26,070 bases of DNA from Candidatus Terrybacteria bacterium RIFCSPLOWO2_01_FULL_58_14 (lineage in GTDB: Bacteria; Patescibacteriota; Minisyncoccia; Terrybacterales; 2-01-FULL-58-14), in assembly GCA_001824745.1 (NCBI GenBank), contig MHSZ01000031.1, forward strand, positions 11,309 to 37,378. Direction: 5' to 3'. Positions 7,019 through 15,662 of the stretch are shown piece after piece (position 1 is the stretch's first letter; each line of letters begins with the position of its first letter). The position numbers were made by a program, and so were the translations under genes. The notes below the pieces were generated by a model. It was not told the DNA's origin. It saw only the letters and a program-made list of their open reading frames with translations, and did not search any database.

Positions 7019-7739
7019 AAACAGATTCCTGCGTGGTATTCTTGTGCGATGCACGTATATTTTGGGGTTCGATAAGAATGACGTACTCACCTCGGGGCTT
7101 TTCTCGACCAATCCGATCAGCAACCTCCTGCAGCGTACCCCGCATCACTTCTTCGAACTTCTTCGTGAGCTCGCGCCCCACCACAACACGGCGCTCGACC
7201 CCGAGGGCCGCAAGAAGCTCCGCGATCGTTTTCTTGATTCGATGCGGCGATTCGAAAAGAATGCCGGGGTATGAATTCTCGGCAACGTCCTGAAAATACA
7301 TCTTCCTCCCTTTTTTCTGAGGCGGGTAGCCGAAAAAGTGGAACTCGTCCATCGACACTGGCGCGAGCGACGCGATCGCCGTCACCGCAGACGAGCCGGG
7401 AATCGGAACGATCGCGATGTCGGGCCCGAACTCTTTGACGGCTGCGGCAATAAGGCGCGGGCCCGGATCCGACACCGCCGGCGTACCAGCACAGCTCACA
7501 TAAGCCACCTGCATTCCTTCCCGCAGCATCGTAAGCAACCGCTCAAGCGCCTTCGGTCCTGAATGCTGATAGTATGGGAAGAGCGGTTTGTGAATGTCGT
7601 ACCGCGCGAGGAGCTTCCGCGTCACCCGAGTATCCTCAGAGAAAATCGCGTCGACGTCCTTGAGGGTGCGGATTGCGCGAAACGTGGCGTCCTCAAGATT
7701 CCCGATAGGTGTTGCCACCATGAAAAGCTTCCCCGGCAT
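7011..7739 (-). CDS. rsmI: 16S rRNA (cytidine1402-2'-O)-methyltransferase
   Basis: LFMVATPIGNLEDATFRA, EDTRVT, AGTPAVSDPG, PIPGSSA, FESPHRI, RELTKKFEE, RGEYVILI. Confidence 0.96.
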   Translation of the reverse strand: MPGKLFMVATPIGNLEDATFRAIRTLKDVDAIFSEDTRVTRKLLARYDIHKPLFPYYQHSGPKALERLLTMLREGMQVAYVSCAGTPAVSDPGPRLIAAAVKEFGPDIAIVPIPGSSAVTAIASLAPVSMDEFHFFGYPPQKKGRKMYFQDVAENSYPGILFESPHRIKKTIAELLAALGVERRVVVGRELTKKFEEVMRGTLQEVADRIGREKPRGEYVILIEPQNIRASHKNTTQESVYA

Positions 7740-7787
7740 CGTCTCTTATCCTAACCCCAGAAAGCCGCTGCCGCGAAACCGTGAACT

Positions 7788-8243
7788 ATGATTCTCGCTT
7801 CCCATGTGCTCATCGGGGGGGCGATCGGGGCGGCATTTCGCGAACCCGCCCTTGCCATCCCGCTCGCTCTTGCGAGTCACTATCTTCTCGATGCAGTACC
7901 GCATCGAGAATATCGTATCGCGCGGCTCGAAGCGGGGTTCCGCGATCACGGATTTATCGTCGAGCTCCTGGCCGTCTTTGCGGATCTCGCACTCGGTTTC
8001 GCTATCCTGCTCGCCCTCGCCCCTCCCCCGCTCGCAATCGTGGCGGGCTTTGCGGCAGCACTCCCCGATGCCGTCACGTTTCTCTCGTTCCTCATGCGCG
8101 AAAACGGGATCTTGCGCGCACAACGAGCATTCCACCGCCGAATCCATCTTATGAGGCGCGAGCAGGTTCCCTGGCTTCTCGCGCTACTCACCCAGGGTAG
8201 TGCGGTGCTTGTGGGAGTATTCGTGATCCTCGCCGCCGGCTGA
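7788..8243 (+). CDS. Membrane protein with His/Asp motifs, YdjM-like metal-dependent hydrolase
   Basis: Hydrophobic 151 aa with SHVLIG, SHYLLDAVPH, LPD and FHRRIH motifs. Confidence 0.6.
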   Translation: MILASHVLIGGAIGAAFREPALAIPLALASHYLLDAVPHREYRIARLEAGFRDHGFIVELLAVFADLALGFAILLALAPPPLAIVAGFAAALPDAVTFLSFLMRENGILRAQRAFHRRIHLMRREQVPWLLALLTQGSAVLVGVFVILAAG

Positions 8244-8267
8244 GGCCAATAATACGGATAAGGAAAC

Positions 8268-8296
8268 GAAGGCGGTCGCCTTGGGCGACCGCCTTC
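8268..8296. terminator. Hairpin between convergent genes, probable bidirectional terminator
   Basis: GAAGGCGGTCGCC-TTG-GGCGACCGCCTTC, a 13-bp perfect stem. Confidence 0.8.
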
Positions 8297-8318
8297 TCTT
8301 CACGGCGTTGCGCCGGTC

Positions 8319-9332
8319 CTAGATACGCGCCTTTCCTTTCGAGAAGTCACCGAGAAACTCCATGGCCACCGCAGCAAGGGGAACAGCAAGGATCATGCCG
8401 ATAATACCTCCGAGGCGTACGCCGATGAGAAACGCGAAAATAACAATGACGGGGTGAAGGCCCAACACCCGCCGGTAAAGCATCGGCACTATGAGGTTTC
8501 CTTCAATCTGTTGAAGCAAAATGTAGAAGAGAAGCACGAGCACCGCGAGTGCCGGCGCCTGAAAGATCGCGACGAGTACTGCCGCCGCTCCGGACACCAC
8601 GGGGCCCACGATCGGCACAATCTCAAGCATGGCCGCGAAGATTGCGAGTAGTAGCGCGTAGCGCACACCAAGCACAGTGAGCCCGAGATACGTGATGATG
8701 CCAATAAACACCATGAGAAGCACCTGTCCCCTTGCCCAGATACCGATCATCCGCTGCGCCCGCCGCCAGAGATCCACGACGTATGACTCCTCGCGCCCAG
8801 GGATAAGAAGGCGCAGGAGCTTCTCGACGCCGTCGCGCTCAAGTGCGAGATAGAAGGTTACGAGCAAAAGCGAGATCGTGGTGAAGACGCCTCCAAAAAT
8901 CTGGAACGTGAACGCCGGAAGGGCCAAGATCCCCCCCCCGAGAAGGCCCGCGACGCGCTCGAGCGCCTGGCTCACTCCTTGCCCGATAACCCCCTCGGGT
9001 GCGATGCCAATCGGCTCAAGACCGGTAACGAAAAGCTGGGCGTAGGCCGGAAAGTTTTTTGCGAAATCCTCGAACTCCTGAAGAAGCGGAGGGGCAACGG
9101 CACGCACGAAAAGCCCCAGGGCGCTTACCGCAACGAGCACGACGATGAGGAGGCCCACGAGACGAGGCACGCCTCCGCGTTCAAACCACGTCACCAACGG
9201 CGCGATGCCCGACGCGAGCACGATCGCGAACAGCAGGAACACAAGGAGATCGCGGATGAAAAAAAGGAAAAGCAGCGCGACAAGCACGAAACACACGCGC
9301 AGAATAGTGCGGATGGAGATATCGATCGTCAT
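8319..9332 (-). CDS. AI-2E family (PerM/UPF0118) transporter
   Basis: Multi-TM 337 aa with LEIVPIVGPVVS, QQIEGNLIVPML, LGLHPVIVIFAFLIG...GIIGMILAVPLAA signatures. Confidence 0.92.
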   Translation of the reverse strand: MTIDISIRTILRVCFVLVALLFLFFIRDLLVFLLFAIVLASGIAPLVTWFERGGVPRLVGLLIVVLVAVSALGLFVRAVAPPLLQEFEDFAKNFPAYAQLFVTGLEPIGIAPEGVIGQGVSQALERVAGLLGGGILALPAFTFQIFGGVFTTISLLLVTFYLALERDGVEKLLRLLIPGREESYVVDLWRRAQRMIGIWARGQVLLMVFIGIITYLGLTVLGVRYALLLAIFAAMLEIVPIVGPVVSGAAAVLVAIFQAPALAVLVLLFYILLQQIEGNLIVPMLYRRVLGLHPVIVIFAFLIGVRLGGIIGMILAVPLAAVAMEFLGDFSKGKARI

Positions 9333-9343
9333 ATATTCAGCTT

Positions 9344-9403
9344 ACGACCAACAACCGACGACTCACAACAATCATGGCCGTTGATCGTGGGTCATCGGTT
9401 GTG
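9344..9403. repeat. Degenerate heptamer tandem repeat arranged as an imperfect inverted repeat
   Basis: + strand ACGACCA ACAACCG ACGACTC ACAACAA (9344-9371); the right arm read on the - strand gives ACAACCG ATGACCC ACGATCA. Confidence 0.65.
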
Positions 9404-9405
9404 GA

Positions 9406-10692
9406 TCAAGACGGAAAAGCTCGATTAAGTTGACGATACCATAAGTCACGGCGATCGTCCGGCCCGATGAGTGCGAGGTTGAGCCGTTCGCGCCGGAAAA
9501 GGAGCCGGGCGGCCTCGCGCACCGCAGAGGGCGTTACGCGGCGTATCGCGCGAATCTCTTCCTCGGGTGTCTGGATACGACCGAGGAGAATCTCCTGCGT
9601 TGCCGCATACGCCGCGAGCTCATCGGTCTCCTCAAGGCCCAGCGAGAATTTCCCGATCATCGCCTCTTGCGCTTTCCGCACTTCCGCGCGATCCGACAAC
9701 TGCTTGGTAATCAGGCGGTATTCCTTGAGAATCGCGTCGATTGCCTCCCGCGCATTCGCATTCCTTACGCCCGCGATCGTCGCAAAAGAGCCGGTCTCGG
9801 TATCGAAATCTGCAATGGTCCGAATACTATACGCCAGGCCGAGTCGATCACGTATGAGAAGGAAGAGACGCGACGACATCGTGCCGCCCAATATGGTGGC
9901 GAGCACATCGATCGCGTACCGTGCGGGGTGCGTCATCGAAACCCCGAGGAAACCCACGGCGATATGCGTCTGATCGGTTTTCTTCTTGTGCGCGAGAACC
10001 TGAGGCGCGCGCTGCGAGTCCCGCACGGCGGGATAGTCGGGTGTCATTCCGTCACGGATGCCGCGGAATGATTCCCTCGCGATACGCGCGACCTCCCCGC
10101 TTGCGATCGCTCCGGCAAGCGTCACCACCATCGCAGGAGCCCGATAGTAGGTACGAAAATGCGCCACGATATCGCGGTGCTGAATCGCTCGCACCGTGCG
10201 CGGCGTCCCGCCAATGTACCGACCCGCCGGCTGATCGCCCCAGAGTACCTTCTCCCATAAATCACCGAGGAAGCGCGTGGGGGTATCGAAGTAGAGATTC
10301 AGCTCTTCCAGCACAACGCCGCGTTCACGCTCGACTTCACCCCGGGGAAACCTCGGGTGTTTCAACATATCGCTGACGATCCGCACCGCCTTCTTGGAGT
10401 TCTCGGAAGCAACCTTCACCCAAAACCCGGTGAACTCCTTTCCGGTAAAGGCGTTATACTCCGCACCTAGCCGATCGAATGCCTCTGTGAGTGCGCGTAC
10501 CGTAGGGAAACGCGCCGACCCCTTGAAACACATGTGCTCCAAAAAGTGAGATACGCCCGAGATCTCTTTTCGCTCATACTTTGAGCCGGTCTTCACGAGC
10601 ACGAGCACGGTAACGGCCCGCGTGCCCTTCATGGGAACGCTGAGGACGCGGAGACCATTGCGGAGTGTGCGTTTGGTATACATGGTCGACAT
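9406..10692 (-). CDS. M16 family (pitrilysin-like) zinc peptidase
   Basis: LRNGLRV, GVSHFLEHMCFKGS (HxxEH), YNAFTGKE, ERGVVLEE, LGGTMSSRLF...RDRLGLAY. Start ATG at 10692 coupled to the glyQS stop (TAATG). Confidence 0.93.
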   Translation of the reverse strand: MSTMYTKRTLRNGLRVLSVPMKGTRAVTVLVLVKTGSKYERKEISGVSHFLEHMCFKGSARFPTVRALTEAFDRLGAEYNAFTGKEFTGFWVKVASENSKKAVRIVSDMLKHPRFPRGEVERERGVVLEELNLYFDTPTRFLGDLWEKVLWGDQPAGRYIGGTPRTVRAIQHRDIVAHFRTYYRAPAMVVTLAGAIASGEVARIARESFRGIRDGMTPDYPAVRDSQRAPQVLAHKKKTDQTHIAVGFLGVSMTHPARYAIDVLATILGGTMSSRLFLLIRDRLGLAYSIRTIADFDTETGSFATIAGVRNANAREAIDAILKEYRLITKQLSDRAEVRKAQEAMIGKFSLGLEETDELAAYAATQEILLGRIQTPEEEIRAIRRVTPSAVREAARLLFRRERLNLALIGPDDRRDLWYRQLNRAFPS

Positions 10693-12071
10693 TATGCTGC
10701 ACTGATTCTCGAGGCGAGCTCGAGCGCGACCCCAGCGCCGGGCACGCGCACCTGGGCTGCGGTATCGCGATCGCGAAGCGTCACGGTGCCGTCTTCGAGG
10801 GTTTGGAAGTCCACCGTGATGCACCACGGCGTGCCGATTTCGTCCTGACTGTAGTAGCGCTTCCCGATATTTCCGCGGTCATCCCAGGCAACAGGGAACC
10901 GCGGGAGAAGACCTTCATAGATTTCCCGGGCCCGCGCCACGAGCTCGGGTTTGTTTGCGAGAAGCGGAAATACCGCGGCTTTGTAGGGAGCCAGGCGCGG
11001 CGCAAGCTTCAGCACCACGCGCCGTCCGCCGTCTTCCTCGTGGTAGGCCTCCAGAAGCACCATGAGAAGCAGCCGCGTGAGGCCGAAGGTGGGTTCGATC
11101 ACGTGCGGGAAGAACCTCTCACCCGTTACGGGATCGGTGTAGCGCAGATCGGTGCCGGAGTGCTCGGCGTGATTGCGAAGATCAAAGTCCGTACGGTAAG
11201 CAAGGCCGAACATTTCTTTGAAACCGAACGGGGTCTCGTATTCGATGTCCACCGTGCGCTTCGAGTAATGCGAAAGTTCGTCTTGGGAGTGTGCGCGTAC
11301 GCGCGTATGACCGAGGTCAAATCCTATGGCTTGAAGCCACGCCTGTTGTTCTGAAAGCCAGTAATCAAACCAGCGCTCCCACTCCTCGGCGCGCACGAAA
11401 TATTCGAACTCCATGAGGTCAAACTCCAGTGTCCGGAAGATGAAGTTGCCCGGCGTGATTTCGTTCCGGAACGCTTTGCCGACCGATGCAATGCCGAAAG
11501 GAAGCTGCACGCGCGTGGTGTCAAGGACATGCTTGAAGTTCACAAACATCGCCTGGGCAATCTCACCCCGCAGATAAATCGCGTTCGCGTTCTCCTCGAG
11601 CGTCCCGATGCGGGTCTGAAAAAGCAGGTTAAAACGCCGCGCCTCCGTGAAACTCTCTTTCTCACCGCAGTGAGGACATGCGATGTGCTCCTCTTGGATA
11701 ATTTTCGTGAGCGCTTCGGGCGTCAGGCCCTCCACCTTACGATCAGGCAAGGCGTGTTCAATCAAATGATCGGCGCGCTCCCGAGCCCGACACTTCCGAC
11801 AATCAACCATCGCATCGTTGAAGTTCGCCACATGTCCCGACGCTTCCCATACCTTCGGGTTCATGAGAATGGCCGCGTCGATGCCTACCATATCCGCACG
11901 GGTCCTCACGAAACGGTCCCACCACCAATCGCGGAGGTTGTTCTTGAGTTCAACGCCCAAGGGGCCGTAATCCCAGGAGTTGGCCAGACCCCCGTAGATT
12001 GCAGACCCCGGATACACGAATCCGCGGCGCTTGGCTAAACTCACGATGGTGTCGAGGTCAGGAGCGGGCAT
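10692..12071 (-). CDS. glyQS: Glycine--tRNA ligase, alpha2 dimeric type
   Basis: SLAKRRGFVYPG...YGGLANSWDYGPLG, FRNEITPGNFIFRTLEF, SHYSKRTVDIEY, PHVIEPTFGLTR, NIGKRYYSQDEIGTPWCITVDF. Start set at ATG 12071. Confidence 0.97.
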   Translation of the reverse strand: MPAPDLDTIVSLAKRRGFVYPGSAIYGGLANSWDYGPLGVELKNNLRDWWWDRFVRTRADMVGIDAAILMNPKVWEASGHVANFNDAMVDCRKCRARERADHLIEHALPDRKVEGLTPEALTKIIQEEHIACPHCGEKESFTEARRFNLLFQTRIGTLEENANAIYLRGEIAQAMFVNFKHVLDTTRVQLPFGIASVGKAFRNEITPGNFIFRTLEFDLMEFEYFVRAEEWERWFDYWLSEQQAWLQAIGFDLGHTRVRAHSQDELSHYSKRTVDIEYETPFGFKEMFGLAYRTDFDLRNHAEHSGTDLRYTDPVTGERFFPHVIEPTFGLTRLLLMVLLEAYHEEDGGRRVVLKLAPRLAPYKAAVFPLLANKPELVARAREIYEGLLPRFPVAWDDRGNIGKRYYSQDEIGTPWCITVDFQTLEDGTVTLRDRDTAAQVRVPGAGVALELASRISAA

Positions 12072-12079
12072 GGGGCAGC

Positions 12080-15000
12080 TCACTGTCGAAGAGAGAGAAG
12101 AACGATCTTGCTCGTACCGTCGTCCAGCGTCGCGCGGAGTTGCCACGTACCCGAGGTCATGGTGTCGGTAGAGAGGTTGAACATGTACTGGTCGCCGGAG
12201 ACGCGGAAGAGATTGCCCGTATCTGCGGCAGAAATGGAGAGCGCCACCTCTTCCGTACCAATGATGCCGTCAGTGATCTTGGCGAGGAAGAGGTGAGCGG
12301 TCGCGGTGGAGACGGACTGATCGTTCGCGTCGGTGAGACGGAACTTCACCGGGAGGGTCCTCCCCTGCTTGTAGATGCCGGAGCCGTCGGCTTTCACGGG
12401 CGGAAAGAAACCGCCGAAGTCATAGACGACAGCGAAAGTGATGGTTTCCGTGGTGGTGTTGCCGGCGTTGTCTTGGGCGGTGAGGACGATGGCGTGGGGG
12501 CCGGGGACGGTGAAGGAAAGGACGGAGCCGCTGGCGAAGGGCTGGCCGTCGAGGGTAGCAGAGACCGACGCGGCGCCAGAGAGCGTATCTTCCGCCGAGT
12601 AGGTGAACGCGAACGGTGAGGTGTTGAGGAGGTACTCCGGATCAAGCGAAATGTGGGCGATGGCGGGGCCAGTGTCGTCCACCACGCCTTCGTCCACGGT
12701 GGGCTCCTCGATGGTGCCGCTAATAATATGCACCCTTGTCTCTCCGGGGTTGACCGTGATGTTTTCGACAGGGGTTGCCGCGAAACGCTGGGAGGAGGCG
12801 TCATAGGTAATGGCGCCGAAAGTATAGGCTTCTTCGAGGGATGGGAGCGAAGCTGCGATGTCGGGGTGCTCTTGGAAGAATTGTTCGATGTCTCGGGAGG
12901 AAACCGCGAAGCGGACCTCGGTACCTACAGGAACGACAATCCACTCTTCGTCGCTCCATAAATCTCCAGATGCGCTGGCCCCAGGAATCTGGATCTCATA
13001 ATCTCCCGTGGAGTAATTCATCCCCACGTGAAGGCCGTCTGATGTGTACGCATGGAGATCCAAATCCGGCAGGACTTGGCCGTCATCAATGCCCACCGGA
13101 GAGCCAAAAGCCGAATGTGAAGTAGGTGCTTCCCGATCACCAGCGAAAGCCATTCCCAATAACTGCGGCAAAAAAACAAGCAATGCGAGAATGATGCTTA
13201 CGAGAAGGAAAAGGACCAACAAAAACAATTTTCGATTGCGCTTCTCTATAAATAGATCTTTCCTCCAAAGAATCACGAGCGCCAACGCAGAGATAACAAG
13301 AAATCCATATACAAAAGGAAGAGCCTCGGGAAAACCGGGTAGCCAATCTTCTTGTGGGCCAACGACTGTAACGGGGACACTTTCGTCGACACGAAGTGGC
13401 CCGCCAAATCCCCAAATCCGTTCAAGTAAGGAATCGTCTTGTCGATAAAAGGCGACCACCACATCAGCATAATTACCCGCCGTAAGCTGGACGTTCGCCT
13501 GAAAACTATCAACCTGACTCTGGAAACCCATGAGGGTAGCGGAGAATCCTCGAACCGGCTCTATGAATTGTGCGCCTACTCCTTCGAGCGCGGAAGCGAC
13601 GTTGACGTACTTAACCGGTTGACCGCTTGTCGTTGAAGGGGAGATTTTGTAAATAACCAGAGCGGTCTCGGGAACATTCACGTCCCATCGGCTGTAGAAT
13701 GGATCATCGGTTCTCGCTTCAAGCAGATAGTAAACGCCGTCGGGGAAATTGTATCTAGCCACCATCTCGCCTGGTCCCGTTGTCTCTAACGACTCAATGG
13801 CGTGCGTTCCGAAACCAACAACTTCCTCCCGTAGCCACCCCAACTTGATCTTGTTAAACGATGATAAATGGGCCGGATCGGTCGAAAGGAGTTTCTCAAA
13901 CAGAGACCCGGCCATAAGATCCCACTCCCCGAGCGACCCGCCATCTTGGCAAGAAGATTGTTTATAGAGATCACAAATCGCTACATCATTCACGAGAAAT
14001 CCGATACGGTGTCCCAACTCATGCGCCCACTCTCGAAGCTGATCTTCTTCGGCAACAACAGCCCAATGCTGTACGGGCGCCGATGAGACGTATGTCCCCC
14101 AATCCTCTGGCCCCCACGCTTCGGTGATAAGCCGATGAGGTTCACTGATTGCGAACACCTCTTCCCGATGCCCAGGATGAACGGCAACGGCAATTTGATA
14201 ATCGCCGCTGGCGATACCCGCAGCCGCCATCGCGTCCCAAACGAATTGCTCAGTTTGATCTTTCGCACTCGAAATCACAATCTCGAGGGTGCCATCGTCG
14301 TTGATATCGACGCCGTGTGGCCCCCTGGTGTTTTCGGCGTATTCTTCAATGGTCTTATCCAAAACAAAATTCTGTCCGGAATCGTCTAAAACCGTGAAAT
14401 CCAACTCAACTAACCCATTCTCGCAAGGCGCCGTCGGACTCGCCCTCGTCCCAAACGACACCTCGCACCAGTAGTCCTTCATCTTCGGGATAATCTCGTT
14501 CTCAAAATAGACCTTGTCGCGGCCCGCCGCGAAGTCGCTCCCCTCCGGCTCCGCCAGGATCACCGCAACCTTGATGGTGCGCGCCGTCTGCACGACGAAA
14601 TCCACATTCCCCACCGTCCCAAACTCCTGCCAATCGGAAAATGTGCCCTGATCATCCATCGCCCTCGCCCGCCACTTATATTGTCCGTCGGCCAACCCGG
14701 ATCGAGTGACGGAGGCTGCGGTGCCTGACGGCACGAATGCGCTCTCGGCGATCCCGCCGTCGAAGTTCCCGGTGAATGGCTCGGCGAACTGCCGAAGCTC
14801 GATCTGAAGCTTAGCCGAACGATCTTCGGGGCTCGAGGGGGTTGCGGAGAACATGGCGGTGTCCTCAGTGGTCGTGGCGCCTTCGGCAACTAGGGTAGCG
14901 GCATCGGATTTAAGCTGTTGTAGCGCATTGATCGTCGGCGCTTGGAGAACTATAGGAGGACCGAAGTTGTAAAAAGCGTCTTTTACGTTTGCGTCAAGCG

Positions 15001-15535
15001 TTATCCAAGAATTATCGCGCGTGAGTTGCCCGGGAGAGGAAACGGGGTTTGAGGAGCCGTATATCGCCACCGGAATGGAATTCTGGGAAACCACCTGCAG
15101 GCCGTAGCAGATGCCCGCGGTAGGCGCAAAGGGCACCCAGGTACCGTCGCTGTTCGGAACATCGCCGCTTACCCAGGTGAACTCGTACGAATCAACGCCG
15201 CCGCTGTTGATAGCCGGAAGCGTTTGGGAAACCCTGACGTAGCCATAGAACACAGGCGGGTCTTCGCATGCGCCCCCGGCGACGGAAGGATGCGAGAGCT
15301 GCATGAGCCGCGCCTGAACCTGCGTAGCGTTCGTGCTCCGGAGGAGTACCTGCACGCCCGCGCTCGCCGCTTGGAAATCCGTTGGCGTTTGATTCGTGAG
15401 CGTCTGCCGCCAGTCGGTCGAGGCCGCCGTGCTCGTCGAGGAAAAATCCAATTGCCCGATATCGGCTAAGACGAGTCGGGGCGCTAAAAAGAAAACGGCG
15501 AGCAACGATAAAGATATAATAAGTAGTTTTTTCAC
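12080..15535 (-). CDS. Large secreted/membrane protein: signal peptide, Ig/Fn3-like domain, M6 (immune inhibitor A-like) metalloprotease domain, two hydrophobic helices, C-terminal Ig-like and PxKF-type domain
   Basis: Signal MKKLLIISLSLLAVFFLAPRLVLA; WAHELGH (HELGH at 14009-14023) followed by CDLY, LGEWDLMAG and PAHLSSFNKIKLGWL as in M6-family domains; hydrophobic helices at about 13265-13321 and 13146-13229; C-terminal YDFGGFFPPV...GRTLPVKFRL. GTG start. Confidence 0.8.
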   Translation of the reverse strand: MKKLLIISLSLLAVFFLAPRLVLADIGQLDFSSTSTAASTDWRQTLTNQTPTDFQAASAGVQVLLRSTNATQVQARLMQLSHPSVAGGACEDPPVFYGYVRVSQTLPAINSGGVDSYEFTWVSGDVPNSDGTWVPFAPTAGICYGLQVVSQNSIPVAIYGSSNPVSSPGQLTRDNSWITLDANVKDAFYNFGPPIVLQAPTINALQQLKSDAATLVAEGATTTEDTAMFSATPSSPEDRSAKLQIELRQFAEPFTGNFDGGIAESAFVPSGTAASVTRSGLADGQYKWRARAMDDQGTFSDWQEFGTVGNVDFVVQTARTIKVAVILAEPEGSDFAAGRDKVYFENEIIPKMKDYWCEVSFGTRASPTAPCENGLVELDFTVLDDSGQNFVLDKTIEEYAENTRGPHGVDINDDGTLEIVISSAKDQTEQFVWDAMAAAGIASGDYQIAVAVHPGHREEVFAISEPHRLITEAWGPEDWGTYVSSAPVQHWAVVAEEDQLREWAHELGHRIGFLVNDVAICDLYKQSSCQDGGSLGEWDLMAGSLFEKLLSTDPAHLSSFNKIKLGWLREEVVGFGTHAIESLETTGPGEMVARYNFPDGVYYLLEARTDDPFYSRWDVNVPETALVIYKISPSTTSGQPVKYVNVASALEGVGAQFIEPVRGFSATLMGFQSQVDSFQANVQLTAGNYADVVVAFYRQDDSLLERIWGFGGPLRVDESVPVTVVGPQEDWLPGFPEALPFVYGFLVISALALVILWRKDLFIEKRNRKLFLLVLFLLVSIILALLVFLPQLLGMAFAGDREAPTSHSAFGSPVGIDDGQVLPDLDLHAYTSDGLHVGMNYSTGDYEIQIPGASASGDLWSDEEWIVVPVGTEVRFAVSSRDIEQFFQEHPDIAASLPSLEEAYTFGAITYDASSQRFAATPVENITVNPGETRVHIISGTIEEPTVDEGVVDDTGPAIAHISLDPEYLLNTSPFAFTYSAEDTLSGAASVSATLDGQPFASGSVLSFTVPGPHAIVLTAQDNAGNTTTETITFAVVYDFGGFFPPVKADGSGIYKQGRTLPVKFRLTDANDQSVSTATAHLFLAKITDGIIGTEEVALSISAADTGNLFRVSGDQYMFNLSTDTMTSGTWQLRATLDDGTSKIVLLSLRQ

Positions 15536-15559
15536 AAAAATGCTTTCGTTGCTGCTTTC

Positions 15560-15588
15560 ATTCTATGCTTATGCGCACTCGTCGGCAA
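15560..15588 (-). promoter_or_regulatory. Sigma70-like promoter for the 1151-aa gene
   Basis: Minus strand TTGCCG (15583-15588) - 17 nt - TAGAAT (15560-15565), 24 nt upstream of the GTG. Confidence 0.65.
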
Positions 15589-15662
15589 AAGGAGATTTTG
15601 GGAAATTTTGGAAGTATTCTCGAGGGCTAGCCGTCCTCGGTGAACGGCGGCGTTTCCACCAA

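Noticed and set aside
7019-7123. T-box or riboswitch upstream of metG (also checked for glyQS)
   Set aside because: Both synthetase genes are directly coupled to upstream ORFs, leaving no room for a leader; no T-box consensus seen.
10693-10827. Extended N-terminus of the M16 peptidase (and similar extensions for metG, glyQS, yraN, DUF5679-like and Y-X4-D genes)
   Set aside because: The extensions overlap upstream genes or promoters and are Arg/Ser/Pro-rich noise; family motifs start at the downstream ATGs.
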